Part shown: in pieces, positions 38,220 through 48,467 of the stretch
How the letters are laid out: each line of letters starts with the position of its first letter
Numbering within the stretch: position 1 is the stretch's first letter
IMG/VR virus record: IMGVR_UViG_3300045412_000261
Location: 1-64,000 of that record
DNA: 64,000 nt
Reading direction: 5' to 3' (one strand)
Origin: a virus
Notes under the pieces: model-generated
Told to the model about the DNA's origin: nothing
The model's input: the letters and a program-made list of their open reading frames with translations, nothing else
Database searches by the model: none
Position numbers and translations under genes: made by a program

Positions 38220-40238
38220 TTACGCTCCTAAAGTAGGCGTTCTCGGAGGTACAACCGTACAAATAGATTCCAATTCAGTTTGCCAATCTTGATTTTCTAC
38301 TACATGATGCACTCTAGTAACTACAAAAGCAATATTTCTCTCTGTGGTAAAACTTTTAGGAACTGTATTACTATTTATATGATGTCCTATTCTCCATCCT
38401 CCTACCCCATCCATTTTGACATTCATTTTCATTAACCACAAATACTGATTATTTTTTCGCAAAGATTCCGTAGTTTGAGCTCGAAGGCATGTTGCTAATA
38501 AATTTCTAGCTGCATCACAAGTTTCTTCACTATATTTTGTTTTAGGCATTAAATCATTATAGTAATTATTTAACAGTTTATTTGCTATATTTTCTAATGC
38601 TTGTTGTCCCGCAGAGAATCCATCATCACAATTACCCTCACTAACTGCGTGCGCTGTCCTAGATGTATTGAATATTGTTTTAACCAAAGATGCATGTAAA
38701 TCAGTAGAGGGCAATTCGGCAGATATTTGTAGTTCTCTAGTTGAACCATCTCCATTCAATGTATTAAATTTCCATATATCAAATTTTTCTTCCACAAAAG
38801 TAGAGGGTACTATTCTTAAAACTCTATGTTCTGTCAAATTATCTGAATCTTGGTCTCCATCATCTTGTACTAAATCTAGCTGAATAAAACCTCCAGTACA
38901 TTGACTAATAACAGTAAATAAGTTTTTTAAAAATCTATCTATTCTTATATAAGCTTCATCTATAAAATGATTATTTATGTTAGTTCCGGGATCTCCTTTT
39001 CTTGTATTATGCATATTTGCTTTAATAGCATCGTAAATAGTATTTCTATGTAAAAGTATTTTTCTGTAATCAATATATGTTCCATAATGAGATTTCACAC
39101 CGTTAAAATATCCTTTAACATCTTCATAATTCTTTCCTTCTGCTCTATTATTTTTATTTGTATAATTCCCCGCTCCGCCTCCTAATATCAATAATTTTTT
39201 AGGGTCACAAGATCTAACTACATTTCCGGCCAAAGTAGAACATCTAGGTTTTATTGGAAATCCCACATATACATCCTTAACTTGTGATTTTTCTACAGTT
39301 TGATTTCTGGAGAATGGATATAAAGCGAATTCATTTACTATACGATCGACGATATATTGTAATGTAAAATACTCATCTGTCTTTGTTTGAGCTGAAGGTA
39401 TATCTTCTGGATCTGGATTTAGAACAGTTCCTTCTATGGGTTGATATACGATTATATCATTTTTTCTAGGATTTATAAAATTTAAAAATGGTATACCAAA
39501 TTGAACTGATTTATCATAGGGATTTTTCTGATCGTATCCAATAATATCTCCATCTGCAATAGTATCCGTTAAAAAAGCACCTGATTTTTGAGCATCGAAA
39601 AGCATTAATTCATAATATCCTGATACATTTCCTTCTTCAACCCCGTTACTAAAAGATTTATTATTTTTGTATTTTAAATCATTTCTTTCCCATAATCCAG
39701 ATAAACCAATGTCTAATGTTGAAAATACTTCTCCAGGGCCTATAGCCTCAAAAGATAATTGATAATAATTTTCATTTGTAGTTTGCCATGTTCCATAAGC
39801 TATGTAGCATCCTGAAACGGTATATGAGGGACAATTATCAAAAGGAGCGGTATATCCTATAGTTATTGTTAATTTATTTTTAGGATCATTTATACAGAAT
39901 ATTTCAGAATATGTTAAAAAATCAGATAAACTATATACTTCTATAGTTCCTCTAATTCTCATTGATAAATTAACAAGAGATGCGTCATTTCCTATTCTTT
40001 CTATTTCCGCTCTTATTAAGTTAGGTTTTGGTTTTAGAGTAGATTTATTATACGTTTGTTCGAAGGTATCTTCTCTTGTTGAAATAGTAATACCTTGTTT
40101 TTTTATTATACAAAATGCTGTATTTCTAGTTTTAGGTTTGTAATAATTTGTTGTATTACCTTCAGAATATAATCCCGCTCTACTGCCGAGGACGTTTTTT
40201 ATAGTTTCTGGTATAGGTCTTCTAAAAGGAGGTGCCAT
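38220..40238 (-). CDS. putative baseplate hub / tail-associated protein
   Basis: Located after the LysM-like gene; C-terminal MDGVGGWRIG...FVVTRVHHVV...WQTELES is typical of hub (gp27/gpD-like) proteins. Confidence 0.55.
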   Translation of the reverse strand: MAPPFRRPIPETIKNVLGSRAGLYSEGNTTNYYKPKTRNTAFCIIKKQGITISTREDTFEQTYNKSTLKPKPNLIRAEIERIGNDASLVNLSMRIRGTIEVYSLSDFLTYSEIFCINDPKNKLTITIGYTAPFDNCPSYTVSGCYIAYGTWQTTNENYYQLSFEAIGPGEVFSTLDIGLSGLWERNDLKYKNNKSFSNGVEEGNVSGYYELMLFDAQKSGAFLTDTIADGDIIGYDQKNPYDKSVQFGIPFLNFINPRKNDIIVYQPIEGTVLNPDPEDIPSAQTKTDEYFTLQYIVDRIVNEFALYPFSRNQTVEKSQVKDVYVGFPIKPRCSTLAGNVVRSCDPKKLLILGGGAGNYTNKNNRAEGKNYEDVKGYFNGVKSHYGTYIDYRKILLHRNTIYDAIKANMHNTRKGDPGTNINNHFIDEAYIRIDRFLKNLFTVISQCTGGFIQLDLVQDDGDQDSDNLTEHRVLRIVPSTFVEEKFDIWKFNTLNGDGSTRELQISAELPSTDLHASLVKTIFNTSRTAHAVSEGNCDDGFSAGQQALENIANKLLNNYYNDLMPKTKYSEETCDAARNLLATCLRAQTTESLRKNNQYLWLMKMNVKMDGVGGWRIGHHINSNTVPKSFTTERNIAFVVTRVHHVVENQDWQTELESICTVVPPRTPTLGA

Positions 40239-40539
40239 TTATCGATTCGTCTTTTAATTGTTCTAATTCTAATGTATCCAACGGATATGGAATTCTTAAT
40301 CTTATTCCTACAGGAGGTACTATAGTTCCCTTACCTATGTCATTTTCGTTCGCTATAATCCACCAATATCTAGGATCTCCATAATAGTCATTAGCTAATA
40401 AATCAAGTCTATCTCCTGCTCTTGCGTATATATAAAAATCACTTGTTTTTGGAGGTATTTTATAGTAATATGTAGTACTGAATCTTCTAGCTCCTGATTC
40501 TTCTTTTATTACAGTAGTAAGCTGTTGATATCTATTCAT
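40222..40539 (-). CDS. LysM/tail-X (gp53-like) baseplate protein
   Basis: GDRLDLLANDYYGDPRYWWIIANEN...G.RLRIP. Confidence 0.85.
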   Translation of the reverse strand: MNRYQQLTTVIKEESGARRFSTTYYYKIPPKTSDFYIYARAGDRLDLLANDYYGDPRYWWIIANENDIGKGTIVPPVGIRLRIPYPLDTLELEQLKDESINGTSF

Positions 40540-41384
40540 TATCCAAAAAAGTTTGATGCTACTTGAGGTTTTCTTTTTCCTATATACCCTATTTCCATTG
40601 AAACATTTGTAATCATTGGAAGTTCTTTTTCTTCATCCCATACTATAGAAGCATTGTCCCATTCAAATGTTAAACCTTTAATATAACCCATTTCATTGGT
40701 ATATAGTTTTCCTATATTAAATCTAACGTAAGATCCTACATAAGGCCCTCTATAAACAGGTAAAGAAAGTTTAGATAATTCATTAAGTTTTACTAATGTA
40801 GTGTCTATACTAATTCCAGAGGTAATTTCAGGATATGTTATATTAGCTTGTCGAGTAGATAAGGAAGATACTTTAGAATAATCCGTTAAATTTGTAGCTA
40901 CGTCTCTTGTAGTATATTCAGTGCCTGAAGATCTTTGAATAGCGCCTCCTATAATTTTATCAGATAATTTGTTTACAGAAGGGTCCGATAGAATCCTAGA
41001 AGACTCAATACCCGGTAATCGTCTATTAGATGAATTAGAAACTAAAGTTGTATCTAGTTGTTCTTCAAATAAATTTCGTCTAGGATTAGTCTCGCTCTCT
41101 ACTGCGACTGCGAAAGATAAAGATATAGTCCTAGTAAAACTCCGATATAATATTTTTGGATCCGCTCTTCCTATATCAAGCCTTTCATCCCATTCAGGAG
41201 ATGATGAATCAGATATATTATTAATATACGCTAATAAATCTATTACAGGCCCTTCCCCTAAATTTCCAGCAGATATTCTTTGGAATGAAAATTTAAAAGG
41301 TTTTTGTCTATCCCTAATACTTAAACTTCCTTGTCCAGCGAGTGTATTAGTAATAGCTTTAAAATCTAAATTATTTGATGGCAT
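40539..41384 (-). CDS. putative baseplate/tube-initiator protein
   Basis: Follows the tape measure gene; AYI..ISD...PEW....GRA.....Y..FTRTISLSF and GYI..L...WD. Confidence 0.55.
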   Translation of the reverse strand: MPSNNLDFKAITNTLAGQGSLSIRDRQKPFKFSFQRISAGNLGEGPVIDLLAYINNISDSSSPEWDERLDIGRADPKILYRSFTRTISLSFAVAVESETNPRRNLFEEQLDTTLVSNSSNRRLPGIESSRILSDPSVNKLSDKIIGGAIQRSSGTEYTTRDVATNLTDYSKVSSLSTRQANITYPEITSGISIDTTLVKLNELSKLSLPVYRGPYVGSYVRFNIGKLYTNEMGYIKGLTFEWDNASIVWDEEKELPMITNVSMEIGYIGKRKPQVASNFFG

Positions 41385-41393
41385 GGTTATTTT

Positions 41394-44300
41394 TTATGGT
41401 GAACTTTCTTTTCTAATATAATTTTTAGTCTGTCTTCTTCCTTCATCAGTAAAGAAAGCAACAGCAGGTTGATTTATTTTTTCTCTAATTGATTCTAATA
41501 TTTTTAATTGTTGTTGCATTAATTCTTTATGAGCTTTTTCCTTTTCTATATTTTTTTCTTTTACTGAATTCATTAATGCTGTAGCTTCTAAACTTTTACT
41601 TACGCTATTAACCATTACTGATTCTCTAGCCATGCTTGTCGTACCATAATTAGGAGTGATTCCGGATAATCTAGTTGACATTGATTTAAAAGTTGTGGGA
41701 GTCATATCAACCATAGAAGTTTCTACAGGAGTTCCCGTAGCTTTAGGTTTATTTAAAGAAGTTGAAATACCCCCGCCACCACTCATTCCATTCATTCCAG
41801 CGTACATAAATGGCTGTGCTGTAAAAGAACTTGATTTATTTTTATCGAAATGAGAATCTATTATTTTAGTTGTAGCAAGATATCCCGCCGTGCCTCCAAT
41901 TAAACCTCCGATAGCAGCTCCTATAGGACCTAGAAAAGCGCCCATAGCGGCTCCACTAACAGCTCCGCCAGCAATGGCTCCTAATGCTCCCCCTACAGAA
42001 GTTGTTGCTGCTTGTTTAGTAGATTGCCCTTCTTTTTTCCTTTGCGCATAATCAAAAACTGCGCTAGCGGCAGCCATAACACCTCCTATTTTAGCAATAG
42101 AACTAGGCTTTATATTCTTTATAAAAGACTTCACTTTAGAAAACCTTGATGAACCCGTTTTACCCGTGACATTAGCTCCACTAGCGTTATCTAGTATAGT
42201 GGATGCTACACTTCCAGTGCCTCCTCCAATAGTTCCTCCTACAATCTTAACATACATGGGATTAGATTTAGAACCAAGAGTACCTGATATTGCGTCCAAA
42301 CCTCCTCTAGCTTTTCCTACTGCTTCTCCAATTTTACCTCCAATTTTACCTCTTATAGTTTTGAGCAGCAATCCTCCCATTACACTACTCATAGCTATTG
42401 CCATACTTGCGTCTAATCCTGGGGTATTAGAAGTTCCATCTTGTTTTTCTTGAGTGCCAGTAAATTTACTATATACTTTTCCGGGAAATCCTGCTACAGC
42501 TTTTATACCTCCAGCAACAATATTGATAGCCCAAGCCATATAATCAATGATAGGAACAATAGCTTCTAATATAGGTAATAAAGATGATTTAAATGCTACG
42601 CTTACTTTTTCTATTGCCGTATTGAATCTTTCGGCAGCCATTACTTTCTTAGTTTCTATCTTATACAATTCTACATCTTTTCCCGCCACTTTATCTAAAT
42701 AATCGCTATTTCTCATTGCAGCGTCTAAAGATTCGGCATCTTTTAATCCAATCTTTTCTCTTAAATACAAACTTTTTTCTAATTCAGATACTTCCATTCC
42801 AACAGCATTTGCCATGAGTTGTCTCTTAGCAAAATCCATGTTTTGAAATTCATCATAACCTCCCATTGTATCCATCATTTGTGTCATAGCTCCGGCAATG
42901 TCATCTTGTAAAAGCAATTCTCTAGCTTTTCCAATATTAACATGTCTTCCTAATGCTACTGATGCTTCAACTTCTGCTACGATGCTTTGCTCAAATGACA
43001 ATAAATGTTGTGTCATTTTAGCCGCTTTTTGAAAATTTAATCCTAATGCTTTTACTTGCAGATTAGTTTCTATTAAATTTCTATGAGCTGATTTAGAATG
43101 TTTATTGATGTTAGAAAAATATTTTGATGCAAATTCAGCATTTTGAGCTATATCATCTACTATTGATTGAGGAGAAAATCCTTTTTTATCTGCGAGCTCT
43201 AGTGCAGCAGCCATAAGATTACTAGCCTCTTTGTCGCTTCCTCCTTTCATTCTTAAATTTTCATAGAATGCACCGGCTGATTCCACAGACAATCCTATGT
43301 TTTTTGCATTATCGGCTACACTAGCTAATGCTTTATCATTTGTTTGTAATAATATGCCTGAATCTCCTAAAATGCCTTTTTGAACATCTCTGACATCTCT
43401 AAGACTGGCGTACATGTTATCATATTGAGTTTGAGCATTCATTGCATTCTTAAACATATCGTAAGATTGCATATTGGATGTTCCTAACTCTGCTGATATT
43501 TCTTTTATTTTACTATTTAACCTATTTGCTGCTCCTAATATTCCTATAAATGCAGTTGTTAATCCTGCCATGATTACAGTAAAAGGAGAGACTTTGAACA
43601 TTGCACTAATTGATGCCATCATCCCTTTGAAAGAACTTCCCGTTTTGGCGTAAACTTCATCAAATTTCTCATATCCCGCTTTCAAGGTATCTAAAGCTGT
43701 TTTTTTAGCTTTTGCTTGAGCGCTGTTAAAGATTGGGAAGAATGAATTCAACTTATCATACAAGAAAGTTACTTCTTGTTTACTATCTTTGTATATCCCC
43801 TGCAACCTTTTCCTAAATGGGTCTGACAGTAGGTCATTGCTTTTTTGTCTTTTTGCATCTTTTTCTTCTTTTCTTTTTCTTTTTTCCTCCTCTTTAGCTG
43901 CTTTTTCTATACTTTCTGGTGAGTTAGGATCTGCTACTCTCTTTTTTTCTTTTTCAGCATCTTTTTTCTTTTTATTCGCTTCTGTCTGTGCTTTTTTTAT
44001 CCTAGCTTCTTGCATTTTAGCTAAATTCTCATTGCTTTCTCTACTTTTTCTTAATTCTTCTGCTAATTTATCCATATCTCCTTTTCCTCCACCTCCGGGA
44101 AGACCCCCTAGTTCATCTTTAAGTAACTTTAAAACTGATGGATCTATTGCAACTAATGTTACATTAAACGAAGGAGAAGCGGAATAATAGTCTAATGCTT
44201 TTTTCATTGCTTCATAAACTGTATTTCCTATCCTATCTATTGTCGAATCACTGAATTCTGATGGTTTACTCATCGGAGAATTAGAAAATTGACTAAAAGC

Positions 44301-45593
44301 TCTAGAGGCTCCCTTGAATACCGCCTCTTCGATTATTTTAAGCATTTCATCTGATACCTCTCCGGGAGAAGCTGTTTTTCCTATATTTATTTCTGGTGCA
44401 GTATTTATCGGTGAGGAGCTGCCTGTACCTCTACCACCGCCTTTACTACCACCACCTGGTGTAATTTCTCTTCTACTTTTTCCACCTCCACCACTTCCGA
44501 CTTTTTCCGAGGATGATGCAACTACGTCGGGAACCGTATTGGGAACAACTTCTGCGGGTGATGATGCAACTACGTCGGGAACCGTATTGGGAACAACTTC
44601 TGCGGGTGATGATGCAACTACGTCGGGAACCGTATTGGGAACAACTTCTGCGGGTGATGATGCAACTACGTCGGGAACCGTATTGGGAACAACTTCTGCT
44701 AGTGATGACAATTTTTTATTTAGATAATAATCTGATAACTTTTGAGCACTCATTTTAGTGATTTGGCTCGTGCTTAAACCTGTAAATTTTTCTATATCTT
44801 TAGATAAAGGAGCTGGATTTCCACCGGCATCTATAGATGTTTGAGAACCGTGAGAATATGTAATCATTTGTCCAGCTACATCTATCGGTAAAGTATCAGG
44901 AATTGGACTTTGATTTATAAAAGTTGATATTAAATTAGCTCTTGCTTCACGCCTTTCCTTATCTATGGCAGTCTTTGATTTATAAGTACCAAGTGCATGA
45001 GATTTTAAAAGACTGCTTAAACTACTTTGAGATTTACTATCTAATTTATTTCTTGCTTCGTTTATAGAACTTACATTTTCTCCTAGTTTTTCAATAATTA
45101 CATTTCTATTATTTTCTAAGTATTTATGATCTTCCTGATTTATTATATTTCCTTGTAAATCTCTTTGTATAAGAGTATATTGCCCTGATCTATATCTAGA
45201 CAATATATATTGACTATTAACAAAAATAATATTTATATTTTCTAAAATCTTGTTTACTCTTTCCTCTACACTAGAAGGATCATTCTCCACTGCTAATGCT
45301 AATGCGTCTAACGAAGATTTAATCTTATTATTGGCAGTACCCAATAATATATCGAGATTATCCTTTGCCTTTTTGTATTTATCTACCTCTTTTTTTCTAG
45401 CATCATATAAAACTTGTAATTTATTTCTTTTTGCTTCAATTCTAGGACCTGTTTTGGCATCTGCTATTAATTTATCTAATTCTGCTAAATCTTCTTTTGT
45501 TATTATAGCTAATTTCTCCTCTGCATTAGTTAAATGAGTTTTTAAACTTTTTAAAGTTTCGTTTAATGCTTTTATAATACTGCTTAAAGTCAT
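41394..45593 (-). CDS. tail tape measure protein
   Basis: 1399 aa, helical and Ala/Gly-rich, hydrophobic and GG-rich C-terminal segments; located after tube and chaperone genes. Confidence 0.8.
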   Translation of the reverse strand: MTLSSIIKALNETLKSLKTHLTNAEEKLAIITKEDLAELDKLIADAKTGPRIEAKRNKLQVLYDARKKEVDKYKKAKDNLDILLGTANNKIKSSLDALALAVENDPSSVEERVNKILENINIIFVNSQYILSRYRSGQYTLIQRDLQGNIINQEDHKYLENNRNVIIEKLGENVSSINEARNKLDSKSQSSLSSLLKSHALGTYKSKTAIDKERREARANLISTFINQSPIPDTLPIDVAGQMITYSHGSQTSIDAGGNPAPLSKDIEKFTGLSTSQITKMSAQKLSDYYLNKKLSSLAEVVPNTVPDVVASSPAEVVPNTVPDVVASSPAEVVPNTVPDVVASSPAEVVPNTVPDVVASSSEKVGSGGGGKSRREITPGGGSKGGGRGTGSSSPINTAPEINIGKTASPGEVSDEMLKIIEEAVFKGASRAFSQFSNSPMSKPSEFSDSTIDRIGNTVYEAMKKALDYYSASPSFNVTLVAIDPSVLKLLKDELGGLPGGGGKGDMDKLAEELRKSRESNENLAKMQEARIKKAQTEANKKKKDAEKEKKRVADPNSPESIEKAAKEEEKRKRKEEKDAKRQKSNDLLSDPFRKRLQGIYKDSKQEVTFLYDKLNSFFPIFNSAQAKAKKTALDTLKAGYEKFDEVYAKTGSSFKGMMASISAMFKVSPFTVIMAGLTTAFIGILGAANRLNSKIKEISAELGTSNMQSYDMFKNAMNAQTQYDNMYASLRDVRDVQKGILGDSGILLQTNDKALASVADNAKNIGLSVESAGAFYENLRMKGGSDKEASNLMAAALELADKKGFSPQSIVDDIAQNAEFASKYFSNINKHSKSAHRNLIETNLQVKALGLNFQKAAKMTQHLLSFEQSIVAEVEASVALGRHVNIGKARELLLQDDIAGAMTQMMDTMGGYDEFQNMDFAKRQLMANAVGMEVSELEKSLYLREKIGLKDAESLDAAMRNSDYLDKVAGKDVELYKIETKKVMAAERFNTAIEKVSVAFKSSLLPILEAIVPIIDYMAWAINIVAGGIKAVAGFPGKVYSKFTGTQEKQDGTSNTPGLDASMAIAMSSVMGGLLLKTIRGKIGGKIGEAVGKARGGLDAISGTLGSKSNPMYVKIVGGTIGGGTGSVASTILDNASGANVTGKTGSSRFSKVKSFIKNIKPSSIAKIGGVMAAASAVFDYAQRKKEGQSTKQAATTSVGGALGAIAGGAVSGAAMGAFLGPIGAAIGGLIGGTAGYLATTKIIDSHFDKNKSSSFTAQPFMYAGMNGMSGGGGISTSLNKPKATGTPVETSMVDMTPTTFKSMSTRLSGITPNYGTTSMARESVMVNSVSKSLEATALMNSVKEKNIEKEKAHKELMQQQLKILESIREKINQPAVAFFTDEGRRQTKNYIRKESSP
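44512..44708. repeat. 48-bp tandem repeat x4 inside the tape measure gene (AEVVPNTVPDVVASSP)
   Basis: Unit GATGATGCAACTACGTCGGGAACCGTATTGGGAACAACTTCTGCGGGT; three perfect copies and a fourth differing at 2 nt. Confidence 0.97.
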
Positions 45594-45619
45594 TATATTT
45601 CAATTATTTATAGTATGAA

Positions 45620-45877
45620 TTATTTATACTTTTTAAAATGTTTATTATTGGAATCAGCATCATGTTTTAATGATTGTAAACGTTGTAATCTTTGAGCTCT
45701 TAATTTTTTTAATTTCTCATCTTCTTTTGCAGCATTATACATTCTACCTACCATCTTTAATTGTGCAGGAATGGCTAATAATGAAAAAAGGGAGGAGAGA
45801 ATCCCCTCCCGAATTTCTTTCATTCTACTATCTTGATTTTTTGGATGCTTTTTTATTGGCTTCATTTCGTTCTTCAT
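45620..45877 (-). CDS. hypothetical protein
   Basis: Basic ORF between chaperone and tape measure genes; start uncertain. Confidence 0.45.
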   Translation of the reverse strand: MKNEMKPIKKHPKNQDSRMKEIREGILSSLFSLLAIPAQLKMVGRMYNAAKEDEKLKKLRAQRLQRLQSLKHDADSNNKHFKKYK

Positions 45878-46034
45878 ACGCTTGTTGTAATCTATTGTAA
45901 AAGAATTTTCTAATAAATATAGGCATGTCCATCAAATCATTGTATGTAAATCCTTTTCCATAATGAATTAATTGAAAAATTTCTTCATATATGTACTGCC
46001 TATCTCTCGAGGTCAGGCCAAAAAAATCTTTCAT
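45828..46034 (-). CDS. tail assembly chaperone C-terminal extension (GT-like) / gp51-like
   Basis: IFQLIHYGKGFTYNDLMDMPIFIRKFF motif; overlaps the upstream gene across a T7 run. Confidence 0.65.
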   Translation of the reverse strand: MKDFFGLTSRDRQYIYEEIFQLIHYGKGFTYNDLMDMPIFIRKFFYNRLQQAYEERNEANKKASKKSR

Positions 46035-46845
46035 CGAAAACCATTGGAGCGCGAAATGGCTCCCCGGTATACCGGTCTATTACTTCTACGTTAAAATCAA
46101 CATCAGGTTGAATTTTACTAATAAATGATCTAATGGCTCTGCTGTCTGCTGCTAATAAATCAGTGTCAATATAATGTCTAATTGCTACTAAATCCATATT
46201 TCCATCAAGCGCTACAATCATGTATTTTAATCTTAATGTTAAAAGACCTGGATCCTTTCCTACTTTTTCATAAGATTTAACAATAGCGTCTATTTCTTTA
46301 TCTTCTTTCCCTGTTAACAATTTAACATGTGCTTCTTTTTTTGATTTAGGAAGGATGAGTTTAAATAAATTACTATTCTTTGTAACTAGTACGGACTCGT
46401 CAATCGGCTTGGGTTTTAAGTCGCTCAAGTTAATTGTCGTATCTTGCGTATTACCTGATGGAGTAGTTACTTGGATAACATATTCATCGCCATAAGCTGC
46501 AATTCTAGACGCAATCATAATAGCATTCTTATCTCCAACTAACAAATCATCCCAATCAATCTCTGATACAAGCAAGTTTCTAAACATCCTCTCAATGGCT
46601 GTTCCTTGCATTATATAATTCTGATTGGTTAAAATATCCTCATCTTTGGCAGTCATGTATCTTAATTCTACTTGACCAGATGATAACGGATTATCTTTAG
46701 GATAAAAAAGACCTCTGGATGGTAAATCTACAATTAAGGTAGTTTGATTAGTTCCTTGAGGGACAGTTGGAATAACCGGGGTAGGAATTTCCATGCCGTC
46801 TTCACTAGGACTTTGATTAAATGTAACTTCTCTGTCTGGTTTCAT
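46000..46845 (-). CDS. baseplate hub assembly / tail assembly chaperone (gp26-like)
   Basis: VDLPSRGLFY, LRYMTAKDEDIL, DLLVGDKNAI..ASRI..YG and terminal FFWP. Confidence 0.75.
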   Translation of the reverse strand: MKPDREVTFNQSPSEDGMEIPTPVIPTVPQGTNQTTLIVDLPSRGLFYPKDNPLSSGQVELRYMTAKDEDILTNQNYIMQGTAIERMFRNLLVSEIDWDDLLVGDKNAIMIASRIAAYGDEYVIQVTTPSGNTQDTTINLSDLKPKPIDESVLVTKNSNLFKLILPKSKKEAHVKLLTGKEDKEIDAIVKSYEKVGKDPGLLTLRLKYMIVALDGNMDLVAIRHYIDTDLLAADSRAIRSFISKIQPDVDFNVEVIDRYTGEPFRAPMVFDERFFWPDLER

Positions 46846-46883
46846 AATATTTATGGTTATTTAATTTTATTTTTTAAATGTTT

Positions 46884-47654
46884 TTATCTTGCAAAAACTC
46901 TGATGGATGGAGCTTTTGCAGTAAGAGAATTTACAGAACTAGGTAAAGAATTTCTGTTAATTTCATTAAAAGTTTCTCCATTATTGTACGGAATAATCTT
47001 TTTAGCGTTAGCATCTTTTATTAACGCATAATCATACGTAATTGTTACAGATACTGTAGATAAAGAATCGTCTGACATATCTAATTCTCCCCATTTAACT
47101 GCTGACACATAAGCCCCATGTATTTCCCATCTCTCCGATTGCACATTAGTTCTAGGCATTAATGTTTCTAAAATTAATGTTTTTTTGTAGGTTTCTAAAG
47201 CATATTCTTCACCTTTTACATAATTAGAATGTGTATTCATTATCCATTCATATACTAAAACGGAGGAATCATTCTTTACGTCTTCTGAACTTGACAGAGG
47301 GTCAACCAATGGATTATTTGAAGCTCTAGGAGAAAATCTATGAGCTGCAACAGGATCATATAACACTATTTCTATAGGGTCCCAAGTTATTTTACCTTTA
47401 AAGTTAGTTTTTGTATTTATATATTGTAACTCTATATTTTCATAGTTAAATCCTGGTTTAGTTACGGACTTTACTAGATATGTTGGTATGTATATTCCTT
47501 GAACATCTAAATAAAGTACAAATCTATTTTTTAATTTAGGTTCAAAATAAGCGAAAGGTCTATATTGAGTATATTCGGACGCTCCAGTCATTATCATTTC
47601 GGTATTTGATAAGACTTCTTTTTTATCTCTAAATATGGGCGTAGATTTAGCCAT
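46884..47654 (-). CDS. tail tube protein (gp19-like), paralogue 3
   Basis: FEPKLKNRF, KP, KGK.TW.PI.I.LYDP, W.IHGA and WGELD.S....YDYA. Confidence 0.8.
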   Translation of the reverse strand: MAKSTPIFRDKKEVLSNTEMIMTGASEYTQYRPFAYFEPKLKNRFVLYLDVQGIYIPTYLVKSVTKPGFNYENIELQYINTKTNFKGKITWDPIEIVLYDPVAAHRFSPRASNNPLVDPLSSSEDVKNDSSVLVYEWIMNTHSNYVKGEEYALETYKKTLILETLMPRTNVQSERWEIHGAYVSAVKWGELDMSDDSLSTVSVTITYDYALIKDANAKKIIPYNNGETFNEINRNSLPSSVNSLTAKAPSIRVFAR

Positions 47655-47707
47655 TTTTCTTTATAATAAATATGTCAGAAACGTAAAATTAATACAACAA
47701 TCAAAAA

Positions 47708-48409
47708 CTAGTTTCTCCCTCCGTTGCCTCCGAATAATCCACCTATTGCGCTTATTGCTGCATTGGATGCTGCCTGCGCTGCACCTTTTCCTATATTTAT
47801 GGCCGCGTCTTTTAATTGACTTCCTAAATTCGCCCCTCCTCCATCTAATCCAGGACCCTCCACATCTGGAAGTTTAACTTTACTCCCTCTTACCATAGCG
47901 TAATCGTACACTATTGTTCCCTCCATTAATAATAAATCATCACTAGACATATCAAATTCACCCCATTTAACAGAATCAAAAAATGCTCCCACTAATATGA
48001 AAGAATCCATGACATCTCCATGGGGTGATAAGGATCTTAGGTATAATGTTCTTTTATACTCATGTATAAAGCCATCTTCTCCAGGAGTTAATAAATTAAA
48101 AGATCCTCCTGTTGTGCCTGAATTATGGTGGTAATTGTTAATGTAATCGTGTAACATTTTAGCGCCATTATCTTCTATAGGGTCATAGAAACGTACTGTT
48201 ATAGGTTGCCATCTTGACTTACCCTTTACATGGAATTCAGTGTTAATATAATCTACCGTAACGTGATTATTTTCTAAAGTAGGTCTTTCGGCTGATTTTA
48301 TAGCATAAGTAGGGAAAAAAGGGCCGAAAGGATCCGCTTGCATATATAACTCAAAGCGCATTTGTTGCTTTGGGTTGAAATATTTAAAAGGTTTATGTGT
48401 AAATGCCAT
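47708..48409 (-). CDS. tail tube protein (gp19-like), paralogue 2
   Basis: FNPKQQMRF, KGKSRWQPI...YDPI and WGEFD...YDYA. Confidence 0.82.
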   Translation of the reverse strand: MAFTHKPFKYFNPKQQMRFELYMQADPFGPFFPTYAIKSAERPTLENNHVTVDYINTEFHVKGKSRWQPITVRFYDPIEDNGAKMLHDYINNYHHNSGTTGGSFNLLTPGEDGFIHEYKRTLYLRSLSPHGDVMDSFILVGAFFDSVKWGEFDMSSDDLLLMEGTIVYDYAMVRGSKVKLPDVEGPGLDGGGANLGSQLKDAAINIGKGAAQAASNAAISAIGGLFGGNGGRN

Positions 48410-48423
48410 GTATATTATATAAG

Positions 48424-48451
48424 CACAGGAGGAAATTGATTTCCCCCTGTG
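48424..48451 (-). terminator. stem-loop between tube paralogues 1 and 2 (terminator or processing site)
   Basis: CACAGGGGGAAAT/ATTTCCTCCTGTG inverted repeat on the - strand; weak U tract. Confidence 0.5.
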
Positions 48452-48467
48452 ATTTTATTAATCAGTT

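Noticed and set aside
44512-44708. Possible CRISPR array
   Set aside because: Units are directly adjacent with no unique spacers and are in frame within the tape measure CDS
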